Origin: Camelus ferus
Lineage: Eukaryota
Reading direction: 5' to 3'
DNA: 64,000 nucleotides
Assembly: GCF_009834535.1 (NCBI RefSeq)
Contig: NC_045696.1
Location: forward strand, 58,778,001 to 58,842,000
Shown here: positions 1 through 13,249 of the stretch, in pieces
How positions within the stretch are numbered: position 1 is the stretch's first letter
How the letters are laid out: each line of letters starts with the position of its first letter
Program-made: the position numbers and the translations under genes
Notes under the pieces: model-generated
Database searches by the model: none
Told to the model about the DNA's origin: nothing
Seen by the model: only the letters and a program-made list of their open reading frames with translations

Positions 1-1039
1 TGGTCCACAGTAAATGCTAAACAGTATTAACTACCTTTACTCTTACGGTCTCCCCTGCATTGGGGCCTGCATATGGGTGAGTCACTCTGCGTTTAGAGGA
101 AGTGCCTCTGGGTATCTGTATTCCTGGGTCCCCCCCGGCCACATTGTCATCACTGAAATACCATCAAAAGCCTACCATCAGGTAATGTTGCTTGAGGGCA
201 GATGACATCCTGGGGAGACTTGGGGGTGCTGAGCATGGACCAAGCCCCTTCTGCTCAGACCTTTTTCTCTTGTCCTTGAGCCTCAGGTCAGCTTTCGTGA
301 TTTATGCTTACTTATACTCATTCCATACTGTCAGCCCTTAGTCCTGCACCTGTGGACTTGATATCATGAAAACCTGTCAGACATGTGGTTCCCCCTCTGC
401 ACTTGACTCAGTCGCCTGGTGTCAGGGCCACGGACTGCTGGGCGCTACCAGAGCTCAGCCCTCCTCATTGTTCAGAGGAGGACATTGGGACCTGTGGCAG
501 GGAGGGCTGGGCTCTGTGATGCGGTCCTTTACAGAGTCCAGTGCTCTCTCACAGTGCTGGCACCTCCCAGTAGGAGCACGGACGGTTACCTTCACTCCTG
601 GCCCTGGTCAGACCTCCACTGATGGTTTCCTTCAGACCATGGCTGAGCTCCAGCTGGAAGGTCCTGGGTGGATGTGCCTGTGGCCCTGGGCAGGCACCAG
701 AGCTGGTCATTTGGAAGAAGGAGGGAAACCCATGGCCTGGGGCCCTGGCTTGTCCTGCTGGCCTAGCCTGCTGGGGTGGAGCCCAGCCGGGGCCTGACCA
801 GCATCCTTCAACTGGATGAGACTTGTTATTTAAGGGAGTTCTTGCTCTCAAGGGCCAGAGGCACTGCCACCTCTGGGCCCCTCTAGGGAGCAGACTGTGC
901 ACTTGGACTGCTTCCTGGGGCCACGAGGTGGGAAAGTGGCAGAGGTTCCTGCAGTGCCTGGAGAGGCAGCCTCAGCCTCTGCTCTCCATTGACTGAAGCA
1001 AACTCGAGGCCCTTCGACCATTTAATGAGCAAGGCCACA

Positions 1040-1172
1040 GCTCATTTAATTCTCCCGGCAACCCTGCAAACTAGGTATCATTTTGTCTCTATCTTATATG
1101 TAAGAGAGGCTCAGGGACGTGGTGAGGGTAGAAAATGGAGCAGGAATCAAACTCAGGCCTGACTCCAAAGCT
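1040..1172 (-). mobile_element. MIR fragment
   Basis: CTCATTTAATTCTC...CAACCCTG...GAGGCTCAG...GGAATCAAACTCAGGCCTGACTCCAAAGC. Confidence 0.6.
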
Positions 1173-1377
1173 CCACGAACTCTGTCTCCAAGGAACCAGG
1201 CAGGGGTCGGGGAGGTTAGTGCTGAACAAAAAATTGAACCACACAAACCAGTAACACAGGGCACTAGAGAGGGTCGGAGAGGAAAAGGAGATAAACTGGG
1301 GAGACTGAGGAACGCAAGAATGAGAGATTAAAGGAGGAGAGGGAGAAATCCCACCCCTTGTGTCCCTGCAGTGGGGG

Positions 1378-1477
1378 TATACACCTGCTGTACACCTGCC
1401 ATATACAGGTACATCCAGGTATATACACCTGCTGTATACCTGCTGTATATAGGTACATCCAGGTGTAGACCTGCTGT
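1378..1477. repeat. 44-bp tandem repeat (~2.3 copies) with ACCTGCTGTA sub-repeats
   Basis: Unit 1 at 1378-1421 (TATACACCTGCTGTACACCTGCCATATACAGGTACATCCAGGTA) and unit 2 at 1422-1465, followed by a partial third copy. Confidence 0.85.
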
Positions 1478-1677
1478 AATAGGAGACCCCAGATATGTGG
1501 GGCTATACATCCAAATCACAAATGAACGCACAGCCTGGCCAGGTAACCGGAGAGCTCGCCTGTCCACAGGGGGAGCCTCTGCCTCTCCACCACACCCCCT
1601 CCACATACCCTGCAGGACTAGGGCCCAGAGTTGCCAGAACTACAGGTCTTTTTTACAAGAGAAGCAGGAAATTAATT

Positions 1678-1837
1678 AAAAAAATTTTTTAGGGGTGGAG
1701 GTAATTAGATTTCTTCCTTCCTTCCTTCCTTCCTTCCTTCCTTCCTTTCTTTCTTTCTTTCTTGAGGTCCTGAGGATTGAACCCAGGACCTCGTGCATAC
1801 TAAGCACACACTCTACCACTGAGCTATACCCTCTCCC
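1678..1837 (-). mobile_element. tRNA-derived camelid SINE (Vic-1-like) with internal (GAAA)n/(GGAA)n microsatellite
   Basis: Minus strand GGGGAGAGGGTATAGCTCAGTGGTAGAG (A box)...GGTTCAATCC (B box)...CTAATTACCTCC tail. 13-bp TSD CAGGAAATTAATT at 1665-1677 and 1838-1850. Confidence 0.88.
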
Positions 1838-4589
1838 CAGGAAATTAATTTTTTAAAATGTGAACACTCTTAATTCAAAAATGTTAGTAACCAAAACAGT
1901 TTAGAATATCATTTTAGAAAAAGAAAAAAGAAAAAGCCACGTTCAGCTGGCAGACTGCTGGGGTGAGACCTCGGCTTTACTGCACTTGTGTCCAGGAGGG
2001 TCTCACCACAAGATCATGAGCTTCATCAGGGCTTCTAAAGACCGCAGCAGCAGGAGCCGTGTGGGCTGGCGGGGGGGTGGGGGTTGAGAATTGAAGGCTG
2101 TGAGGCTGAGAGGAAGAAGCATCCAGATATCCACAAAGGAAACAGGCTAAGTGAGACCAATGCATTACCACCAAAATTTGCCAAAGAGCCATCCTGCCTG
2201 TGATTATGGAGGTGCCTTCTACCTGTTCTCTGCTGCCACGGCGCTGCCAGAGCCTTCAGCCTTCAGCCTTCAGCGGAGGACATGAAGCTGCGGGCGCAGG
2301 AGGGCTGAGTGGGGCAGAGAGGGAGGGTTGCTTGGAGGCGGTGGGAAGCAGCTCAGCCTGGTTGCTGAGAAGTGAATCACATTTCCATGTGATGGGTGCA
2401 GTTCACACTTTGTAAGGGAACAGGGAGCAACCAGAGCCTGACTTTTCTAAATATACCAGGCAAGTCAACTTGCCTGGCTCCGAACTGAGATTCTTGGCAG
2501 GAGGCTGGGAGAGCCCTTGGTTCCCACATTTGCAGGCTGCACCCCAGGCTGTGCTTCTCTGACAGGGGGAGAGGGGCTGAAGCCTGGAGCTGGCACTTCC
2601 GGAAGAAGCCCACAAACTTCCATTCTTGGGTAAACAGCTGTAGGAAACTTGGGAAACTCTCATAGGCCTGGGTTAAGCTATATAACTGCAGGGTTTCTGT
2701 GGCCAGAGGGGCAGACGTCCCTCCTCCTGTTGCCCTCAGGCTTCATAGGGCACTGGGCACAGACACCCTGGTTGTGTCCCCCAAGCTTCCAGGCATGGGC
2801 AGTGTCCATGACATCCTCTCCAGGGCTTGGGAGGGTCAGTTCTCTGACCTCCTTGTAAGTCTACACCGAAAATCACAGTGTCGGCTGCTGAGGCTCTTCC
2901 TTCCTTGGTAGAAAGCTCTGGTCCCTGGAGGAGCATGAAATTCCCTCATGGCACATGGAGAAGTGGCCTGCAGGGCCATCCTGCAGGCTGGGAATACAAG
3001 CTTGAGGAGTGGCCCAGCTCTGCCACTGACCACTTGTGTCACTTTCTCTCCTTGGCATCTGTTTCCAACTCTGGACAAGTGGTGTTGGAGGTGGCAAGGC
3101 TAGTCTGAGGACGCTTCTGGTTCTGATCTGTCACAGTTCCCTCATGTATGACGTGGGCTGGAGGTTTGGGAAGGTATGAGGTGGGTGGTGTTGAGTGACA
3201 GTTCCTCCCAGAGCAGGTGGGGCTACTAGTCTTCTCCTTATTTTGGATATGAACTGAAGCAGCCCCAAGCCGCTGGCAGGGTACTTACGATCAGTGCCCG
3301 GAGCTTTCAGAGAGTTGGGGCTTGATTAGCTGTCCTAATGCTGGGGAGAGGAGGCAGAGAAGAGCCAAGAAATGTAGGTTTTAGGCTGTGGACAGAGATG
3401 CCCATGGCATGTGGGTCCACATCTGTGCACCCTGGGCTCTGGGGGCGTGGCCAAGCCCAGCCCAGCCCTGGGGAGGGGCTCTGGTCCTGAGCCGCTGCAG
3501 ATTAGCAACCAAAGGCCTACTGGAAGTCTTTGTAATCAGACTCTCAGCTGTCAGCAGCTTTGCTAAAGTGAAGTGCCGGAGGAAAGGGCTGAGTCAGGGA
3601 TGGGGAGGGGTATGGGGTGGGGGGAGTTTAAGCTCAGACCTCCAGTGCTCAGACTGGAAGTGCCAAGCAGGGTTCTGCAGCCTGGAATCCAGAAGGTGGA
3701 ACCCTCCTTGGACCTCAACCCCCCACTGCATCCACTGGGCTTCTAGGGGAGCCCAGTCGAAGGGGGTCCGAGGGCACAGGGAGGACTAAAGTCTCTAAGA
3801 AGCCAGCAACTGTGCCCTTTAAAAGGCTGTCTGGGTGGGGTACCCAGTCATCCTAAATGAACCCTCTGCCCCCAACCGGTGTCCTGTGCTCCAGGGAGCA
3901 GGGCGGCAGCATGGTGGAGGGAGACCACTGTGGGCTTTGGGAGCTGTGGGATCTGGATCAAATCCTGCTTCGGTCACTGTTCAGAGGCCAAGCCTGAGCA
4001 CATGAGCCAAAGCTGCAGGCCCGGTCCCTTCCTAACATACTGCCTTTCTAAGTTTCCTTAAAGAACTTACCGCTATCGGAAATGACTTTATTTTATCATT
4101 TGTTTCCTGCCAGCCCCCCAAAGCCTGGTGGAAGGCTGGGCACTGAGAATGCAGTGGAACACGTGCTTGGAGGAGCCCCCATCCTTGCGGGATTTGCAGT
4201 CTTGACAGGCAAATAGGTGAGAAAAGACGGCAGTGAGCACAGGGAGGGCAGATATGGGCACTGTCACAGTGGTTTCAAATTAAAACAGAGCATGAGACAT
4301 TCTTCACTGTTACCTGGAATTCCCATTTTATGGGTCTCCTGGTTTTCCCTGGTGCCCCGGACACTGTGGGAGCATCAATGAGGAGACAGAGCCAGTTTTA
4401 GGGCCTCGGGCAAGTACTTCCTGGAGGTGAGGCTGCAGCCACTCCTGAAGGAGGCAGAGAGGGAATGAGAGCCTCCCAGCAGAGGGAATGTGGTGCACAG
4501 AGGCTGGGAGGTGAGAACCAAGCACCCCAAGGGCCCAGTAGGCCTTCGTGGAACTCGGGGTGCAGAGGGGTGGAGATGCAGTGGACAGA

Positions 4590-5135
4590 GGCCACAGGAA
4601 GTCTCTGGGTCATGTTTAGGGCTCTGACCTTACACCAAGAACAACAATTACTGAAGGCTTCCACAGAGAATGCCAGGATAATATCTGTGTTTTAAAAAGG
4701 GTCTTCTGGCTGCTGTATGGAGAATGGATTTGAGGGGAGGGCAAGAGATGAATCAGAGAGCTGGTTCGGAGGCTGCCGTCCAGCTGAGATGGTGGTGGCG
4801 TGGATAAGAGAAGAGGCAGCAAAGGAGGGAAGTTGATAGATTCAATCGATCCTCGGGAGATAGAATCGATAGGATTTAGCAGCTGATTAAAAACAAAGTG
4901 AGGGCCAGTGAGGGAGCAGAAGAGGGGAGAAGACTCCCAGGTTCTTGGCTTGGCCATGTGGCAGATGGAGTGCCATTCAACCAGGTGGGGAGACCAGGCT
5001 CGGGGAGGAGGAAGAGGTTTGTGACGGGGCTGGTGGGGAGGAGAGACAATTGAGTTTCATTTTGGAAAGGCGGAGCCCAGGGTGCTTACAGGATGCCCAA
5101 GTGAAGGCGGCCGGTAGAGCTCTCAAGTGGATGCT
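4590..5135 (-). mobile_element. LINE-2 fragment
   Basis: CTGGCTGCTGTATGGAGAATGGATT...GGGGAAGACTCCCAGGTTCTTGGCTTGG...GAGTTTCATTTTGG are typical antisense L2 ORF2 segments. Confidence 0.7.
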
Positions 5136-5555
5136 GGCTTAAGTTAGAGGCCAGCAGCCATCGGCACAGAGAGGGGACTGGACAGCCAGGCAGCCCTGCT
5201 CCTCCTCCCCAGCTCCTGCGTCAGGTGCCTGAAGGGCCTGGCTGGACAGGGACAGGTGGCGCCGGGGCCTGAGCCTGATGCCCTCCCGAGCACCCGATCC
5301 AATGGACAGAGCTCCCTGGTTCTCCCCGATGCCCAGGATATGGGAATGCGAACTCTTGCTGCCTCATCTGATTTCTCTTAGATGGTTACACAACATCTCT
5401 CAATTTAAAAGTGTTGACAACTGATTCAATTAAAGAAAAGTAATGTGGGCCAAACAGAGCAGGTCCGAGGGCCAAATCTGCTCGGGAGGGACTTGGTGGT
5501 CAAGGGTCTTGGGTTTGAAGTGAGGAGTTAGGGTAGAACCCAAGGGATCAGGAGC

Positions 5556-5744
5556 CCAGTGTTCTTCAAAATAAGCCCCTACCCCAGAATCACCCAGGGG
5601 AATTGTGTGGGAATTCCGCTCCCCTCCCCACCCCCGCAGCCCCAGGCTCTATTGTCAATGATTCAGACTCAGTAGGTCCAAGGGAGCCAGGAATCTGATT
5701 TTGTCACGCTCCCTGGGTGAGCCTTGATGCACTGAGAACCTCTG
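5556..5744. mobile_element. hAT-Charlie MITE (MER5-like)
   Basis: CAGTGTTCTTCAAA...AGAATCACCCAGGGGA...TCAGTAGGTCC...CCAGGAATCTGATTTT...TGAGAACCTCTG. Confidence 0.6.
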
Positions 5745-8700
5745 AGTCAGGGGAAGGCAGAGGAGACCGAGCAAGTTTGGTCAAAGAGGCAGAAGGAAAA
5801 CAGCAGAGCAGGCGGTCCAGAGCAAAGATCATTTTAAGAACAATGCTGGCTCCCGGGAGGGGTTCCAAGGTCCCTCTTCACTCCCCAGCGTCTTGGCTCC
5901 TTCCCAAGGAAGAGGAATGCTAATCTTCATGCTCGGTTTCAAGATTCTGATGGAGTCCCATCTGCTAGGGAGAGTAAGTGGAGTCAGTGGGCACTAAGAG
6001 GTTGGTGTACAGGGTGCAGGTCTCTCTTCTGGCTCTTAAGTGGTAAGCAGAGCTGGATCTGTTCTCTTTCTCCTTGGACGCTTTCTTGTCCTTCCCAGCC
6101 TAAGCCAGCATGGGGCCAAGCATGGTGGCACACGCACTTAATCTTTCAGTATTTCTTCCCGGGGGCTGATGGTGTGTTTGGTCAGCCTTTCTCCCTATCC
6201 CAGTGGTAGGACCTAAGAGCTGGGAGGGACAAGAATAGGTGGGAGGAAAGCTGAGCAGGCCTCACAATTCCCTTCAGCCTGGGTGACTACCTCTTACTAG
6301 GTTAGGAGACACGAGCGTTCTACGAGTTTACCAGAATGCTCCCCTGGGGCTCAAGTCACAGTTAACCATTACACATTTTGTTGACTGGTTCCCCATCATT
6401 TCTTTTGCAAACACCTTCACTAGAGGTGCATGGAGGGAAAATGAGAGTTCTGGACCAGAACTGGGTATTGCCGGGCATCCCAGTCTACTGCAAAAACATA
6501 CCATTATTTCTAACATCTGGCAGGTAGTACCCCAGTTTCAGCCATAAGACAAGGACCACAAAGCATGCACTAGATTTCATAACAAGGAGGTCACTAGTGA
6601 CCTGGAACTGAGCTGCGTCACTGGCATAATCAGAAGAGCCAGGCTGGTGAGACGGAAAGAGTAGGAGGTGAGAAGTAGGGAGCGCTGGCAGTTACTCTCC
6701 CAGAGAACAGGAGGAGAGAGGGTGGAGTGCTGGGGTCAAAGCCAAGATGGGGAGGTACTTGATAGGAAAAGATGGCAAAGAGGAAGTACAGAGAGAATGG
6801 GATGGCTTGAGAGGGGGCCCTAAATAGGGGGAGGTGGTGTAAACATCCAGAGCATAAGGAAAGGATTAACTTTGGACAGAGGGTCACCCTTCCATTCTAA
6901 CAGGAGGAAAAGAAAAGGGTGCACCCAGTACAGGCAAGACTATAGATCTGGTGACAGAGAGTTGAAGGAAATGCTAGCTGATGGTGGATTTCTCTGAAAC
7001 TGGGGGGGTCTATCCTGGGCTGGGAGTGAGTCAGAGCTTCAAGGAGGATGGAGTTTAAAGGGAATCACAGACAGTGTGCCAGGTGGGCAGCCCCAAGAGT
7101 GAGGCACAGGGAAGGGTAGCAGCTGGACTGATCTCAGCTTGGGGTTTTGCCAAGAGGGTGCAATGGGAGGGCAGGGGCATGGGGGTTCATGATAATGGTG
7201 AGAATGGTGGAGTCTGGCAGGAGTGGGCTGATGAGGAAGGCTGAGGGGTCATGGGCAGGGGAGATTGGGTAACAGGGAGAGCTGGGAGCCTCAGCAGAGC
7301 TATGGATGGGTGTGGGGAGCAGAGAGCTAGTCCCAGCTATGTCACTGTGTGGCCCCAGGCAAGTCGCGTGCCCACTTGGGGACTCTTGTCTCCTCTGTGC
7401 AGAGTGAGTGGTGGCTTGTCTGGCTCCCAAGGATCTACATGGTGAATTGACGTGGGATCCCACCACCCAGAGCAAAAGGAACTCTAAGGCCTTGTCAGAT
7501 AACGGGGCACACCAGGATAAAGCAGCCATCACCTGGTCATGTCCAGGAATGAGGGTGAAGTGTGGAAGATGATTTCCTTACACCAGGAACCTCAAGAAGG
7601 ACACAAGCCTGAGTGAGGGGCTCTGACAGATGATATTTAAGCCTGTGCTCCAAAACTGGGGTGTGGGCATAGGGGGAGTGGCAGTTGGACTGATTCAACT
7701 TGGGGTTTTAAGCCTGTGAGGCAGCACAGGGGCTGCTGATCCCAGTCCGATCTTCTCAGACAGACACGTTCACATCCACTGGTAGACGCCATTTATACGC
7801 AGCAGGGTAGCAAACGGTAGACTCCGTCCAGGGTTGCTGACACTGTGGTTCTCAGTCTAATGTGTGATCACCTGATGATGGTGGATTATTAAAAACAAAA
7901 AACAAGAAATATCTTCCCAGATCCCAGTCTAAGTCCCTGTCCATCTCTTGTTTTTTTTTCCCCCAGGATGGATTAACATTCTCTGATGAGGAAAGCTGTC
8001 ACCAACAGATTAGCATGTTGCAACTTTTTAAACCACCGAATCCCCCTCCCTAACATACCCACACTCCCATCCTCCACAGAACTAATAGTCTGTGGCTCTC
8101 ACTTTGACATACACTAGCTAATAGATAAACCACCCGCAGCAGACTATTAGTATCTGCCCCAGCACAATCAACTCGATGGCCATTGGATTACATATGCCCT
8201 CGGTTATCTATTTGGTATGTCCAAAATTGGTGCCATTTAAACAGCTCTCTCTTGAGAAGAGTTTAAGCCTGTTAAAGAGTGAGAATAATCCATGGCATGA
8301 ATAGAAGTATTTTAAATCTGTGAGAAAACTCCCAGTCCAAGAGTCAAGTTAACACACCCACAGAGTGTACTGGACGTGCCGCAGACGAGCATTCTCGGGG
8401 CCAGACGTGGCCTTATAAGGTGGCCTGACATTTTCTCATGGCCCAGGCCACCCTCCAAAAATATCCAGAGACAGAAGAGTGGGAACTGACCTCCCTTCTG
8501 AACATTTCGAAGATTAACAAGTAGGCTCTCCATTAAACAGGAGCACTAACACCTGCTTGACGACCAGCTCCAAAATCTCTCCACATTTCAAAACCAAGCA
8601 GCCTGTAGGGTCCCAGCTGGGGACGTCTCCACAGCAGGAAGAGAACAGATGGAGCCTCAAAGCACGCATCCCAGCTGGTTTTTTGCTTTAAAAAGTGTTC

Positions 8701-8871
8701 TTTCCTGTATCCCTCCAGAATATGCTTTAAGATGGGACTGACTTTGCTTTACATGGACAATGGAAATCTGCGACTAATTTTCATTACCGCGCCCTTTTGC
8801 TCCTTCCGCGCCCTCGTGCTGAAGCGGTCCCAAGCGCCTTTGACTTCCAAGGCCCTGGATCGCTTGTGACG

Positions 8872-8887
8872 TGCTGCCCCCTAGTGG
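8872..8887 (-). promoter_or_regulatory. CTCF binding motif
   Basis: Minus strand CCACTAGGGGGCAGCA matches the CTCF core consensus CCASYAGRKGGCRS. It sits in a locally CpG-enriched non-repeat patch (~8785-8985). Confidence 0.75.
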
Positions 8888-10666
8888 GGAAGCCCAGCTA
8901 CGATGACACGGAGGCGTTAATAGCCTTGGGGCTTCAACCAATTACTGTATCCACGAAGGTCACAGACAGACGTGGAAGCGCGGCAGTGGTAATAAGCTCA
9001 TGTTTTGGAATTACTGCGCAGAAAACAATTTCCAAACATAAACAGATTTATGAAATGGATACTAGGCGCTTAAGTACACAGCTTCTCACACATTTTGTTT
9101 TTGCTCATCAAATGACTTTTACGCTGAACTGCCTTTTTGTGGGAAAAAGGATTATTTTTGGCAGTGAGACCTACCTCTATAACACTAAGGGGTATCTCTC
9201 AAAGTTTGAAAAAAAGAGGATTAGTCTTACAAATAAAAGCATTGGTCAAAAAAAACCACATAACTCTAACTCAGGTTTCCAGTTGCAGGCAGGGGAATGT
9301 TAATAGGTATGGCTATTTTTGGTAATAGTTGTTTAGAACAGTTTCTTCACCACTAAACTGGTACAATGAACCAGTCTACTTGTAAGGCTACTTGTAAGGC
9401 TGGGATTAAAAAAATAATATGCAGAATTGCACAGCTAGTCTCCATTCTTGTTAAAGGGAACAAGACAACACAGCAGTATTTTGGGATGCTGTGTGTAACA
9501 GTAGGCCTCTTAATTATACCAATGGTAATTCTTCAGGCGAGGGCTTATGTTAACATAGTACACATAATTGCCACAAAGTATGACAATGACAAATTACAAA
9601 GCTCTGGCGGGCTTCCCATTACCACCCTAAGATTGTAAAGGTTGGATTTTCTGGGTCGCCTCTGCTATTAACTTTACCATCTGTTCCTCAATTTCTGCTG
9701 AAATAATTTTATTTCTTTTCATAAATGAAAGCCTATCTCTGAAGCAGATCAGATTCTATATAGAGGAGAGAGGCGGTTCTGACCACTGTGCTGGGAATGT
9801 CTAAATTGCGGCCAGAGAGCATTTAGCAAGAAAATGTTCCTCTTTGTAACAGAGACCATAGTCTTAGACAAGGGTGACAGTCAACTCTAAAAGGACCTAG
9901 CACTCAGGTGGGGGCACGCTACTGCTGGAGACACCCTAAGAGAGATCCCCCAGAGAAATAACTAGAAAGTGCCCAGCAAACAGACACCGCAGAAATTTCA
10001 TTTTGAGGTGAAGAAATTTAGGGTCCAGAACTAGCAGGTGGAAAGTGGCCAAGCCAAGTATCCTCTCAGTGTCCTCTCCTGACTTCTTACTGTGAATGTC
10101 AGTGCTGAAAGCAGTTCCCAGGATTGGCCCGTCTTTGGAGGCCTTTTTCAGGAGGAGGTACTTGACCACTTGACCAAAAATACTTGTTTTACTGTAAGAT
10201 GAACATTGCTGGGCAACAGTATTTCCCCTCTCAACTTGTATCAGAAAAGTTAGATAAGCAAACAAATAAAAAAACCCACACACAAACATTGTTAGACAAG
10301 GGCCCTCAGTCTTCCACTGATTAATTTTTATTTTTCCCGGTCATTTACATGAGGCATCTCTTGTCCTTCTGCAGCCAGGCTGGGGACCGGCTTGGTAAGC
10401 TTGAAGACTGACTGGTAGAATGACTTCTTGGAAACCTCTTAATATAAATCTGTCTATTTGTCCTGTAAGTGTAGAACCATTATGAATATCTATAGTAGAA
10501 ATATAGCAGAAATAGATTTTAAAACTGTAAAGAGAAAGCTGGAATTCATAACAGAACTGAAACTCTTCCATAATCCTACAACACCACTTTTAGGCCAACT
10601 CATTGTGAAAAAAGTCACTAGACCCCACTGGTCAGGATTTCAAATCCAGGCAGAGCAACACGCCAG

Positions 10667-10672
10667 TTTATT
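10667..10672 (-). terminator. Candidate distal polyadenylation signal (AATAAA)
   Basis: Plus-strand TTTATT. On the minus strand it is preceded by U-rich/TGTA elements (e.g. TGTATTTTTTGTACA near 10801-10815) and followed by GTGTTG. Confidence 0.6.
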
Positions 10673-13243
10673 TTGAAATGCAACATAGATCAGTATTTTA
10701 TGAATACAACTTATTACTACATTAACAGTGTCAGGTAAAAACAGCTTCCAAATGCATGCATAGAAAGTTAAGCATAGTCTTTGAACTCCTTATTTCTAAA
10801 TGTACAAAAAATACATTTAAATTATATAATTTTAGTGAATCAAAGACTTATAAAATTACAGTTTTGGTTTTCACAACATAGAAAAAATATAAAAATGACT
10901 ATATATACGGTTGTATAATTTTTTACCCAAATTTCAAAGGAGCAGTATTGTACTGATTTTGTCTTATGTTTTATCTGAAACTCAGAGTTGAAAATAATTT
11001 GCAGGTTGTACCACATCAATGCCAACCTTTAATTATAAATGAATAACCAAAAACCCAAGTGGAAGTGAGGGCACAATCTCTTCACGTGCCTCTAAGCACT
11101 ACATCATCTAAACTCTTCCTGTCGGAAGTTTGCTCCAGAGGAACGTTTTCATCGGGGAGGATGTGCTTTGTTCCGTGACTAACTCTTCACGGTGCCTTTG
11201 ATAATAGTCAGTACGTGTTAAATGAATGATCCCAATCTTAGTAAACTGAACACAGCAAGATGCGGATTAGCAGCTCGTGTCTACAAAGCACTACTGCGTA
11301 CCTCAAAGAATTCTCTGCCAGAAGGTGGTCCCCAAAGCTGGGATGTGAAACACCCAATCAGGTGGGGAGCTGGGCAGATGATGCTTTTGACTGTGCCCTG
11401 AAATGAAAACGGTAAGTCTGACAAAATACCCACCAGAACAACACCTTCCTCATTCACACTTTATAAGATGTGACACCTGGTGGGGTGAGATGTTCTCAGT
11501 TCATAAAAGACCACCACCACTTCCAAAGAGAAATGAATTCGTGTCAGAGATAAATAAGCCAGTTACTGAGAGGGGTGACTGAAGGACACGGTGGCGTGCC
11601 TTACTTATCTGCAATGAGCATTTTAAATGTTGATGGACAAAAATACACACTGGGGTTGAGACCCTTGGTGAGAAGGGAGTTGTTTGCTGCGTTCTTGTTG
11701 CCAAAGTTTGATTTGATGCAATACCACTATTTGTCACAGACTGTTTCTCACAAGTAGTGACAAATTATAATAGAGAGGCCTGAATAAAACCTCCAATCCA
11801 GCAATCCTGGAAAACCTACATTTCTCATCCTATCTTCTATAACTTATCCCAAAAACAAATGGAAAAAAACCTTATCCAAATTAAGTAATAAAGCTAATAT
11901 AACCCAAACTGATTCTATTTTATAGTAGAAATTTATTTTGGAAAAAGAAAAAGCATGAAAAATAATCTTTCCCACATATTTTGTTTATCAAGTACACAAA
12001 CAGATTCTAATCGTAGTATGCCCAAGTTAAGAGTGCTGGCTGTAAAAAGCAGAATTTTAAATGTTCAATTGAAAAAAAAAATTATTACACACCTGCTTGC
12101 ATTACATTTTAGGCTGCACATTTTCTCATTTTCGAGCTTCTATGAAAATAAGCATTTAAAAAATCAGCTTTCCATTATGACACTCTCAAATATTAGCAAT
12201 TATATTTTAACTGATAACCAGTCAATAAGCTAGTAAGCCAGTCTTTCAAAGATCAACCAATTAAAAAAAAAAGCAAAAAAGGTTCCATAAAGAACATTCT
12301 GTGTTTAAAATCTAATGCACGTCTAAACTTGGGCTTTACGTTTTCATGCAACCCTTTCCTGAAGAGTCTTAAATGCACAGTTTAGCAATTAAAGTATGAA
12401 GACATGACATTAATTAGACAATGTCCATATGACCAGAGTATTTCTTGGCTGCTCCTCCATGTGGGGACGATACTGCTTTTAGCTCACGACTGCCCAACTG
12501 GAACATTTCACTGCCTCTGGACTTACAGCTTGGGTGGGAACTACATGGGATCATAAATGAGGAAAAGTATCCAAACAGAAGAGTTGAATGAAAATGTAAA
12601 AATAAAATAATAAGGGTATATAAACCTATTCCTGAATGTTCTTCCAGACTCCATTTCTAAAGTAACACCTCCATGTGCTTTCAATAACAGATTCTCTACT
12701 CCTATGCGACTAGACTGGCTTCAGGTCCCTAAGTGAGAACAGCTCTTGGCAGACACCTTACTCAGGGGTGTTCTGAGAACGGTACTGTGAAAGGTACTTG
12801 TCACTGACTAGAAACTGAGCTTTCCCTTTCTGAGAACTGTCATTTTGTTAAAGTATGATTGAGGCTGAGCCGCATATAAGGTAGCTTCTCTACAATATAC
12901 ACATACTTATTTAATTCAAGCACATTTCGAAGTGGCAGGCAGTAATGACTCAATTAAAAACAAACAAAAGGGTTCTAGTTGTTTTCTGATTACAGGCACT
13001 ACCCTGAAGTTGCACAGACATATACATTGTATAATTCATTCACTAGATAGGAGGGGGAAGGTCCCAGTCCATAACTTCAGAGCATTTCATAGGACATAAA
13101 TGGCTTCCAGCATGCAGTCAAGCACTTTGAGAGGGAATGCTAAACACACTGCAGACTGGAACAGAACTGCTGCGAGCCGGGCATTCAGTGGGTACAACTT
13201 CACTACTCAGACTGTAATAATCAAGAATTTAGTGTTACAGATC

Positions 13244-13249
13244 TTTATT
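13244..13249 (-). terminator. Candidate proximal polyadenylation signal (AATAAA)
   Basis: Minus strand GATAAATAAAGATCTGTAAC, about 330 nt after the stop codon. Confidence 0.5.

Noticed and set aside
366..902. Cluster of overlapping ORFs at the window start
   Set aside because: GC-rich intergenic sequence with no recognisable protein or consistent exon structure.
1378..1477. CRISPR-like repeat array
   Set aside because: Adjacent tandem units without unique spacers, in mammalian DNA with no cas genes.
1764..1837. tRNA-like sequence (also 56785-56856)
   Set aside because: These are SINE heads with A/B boxes, SINE tails and, for the first, a TSD. They are not tRNA genes.
8797..9303. 168-aa plus-strand ORF
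   Set aside because: Non-ATG start, no recognisable domain, and it spans the CTCF patch and AT-rich DNA. Likely chance.
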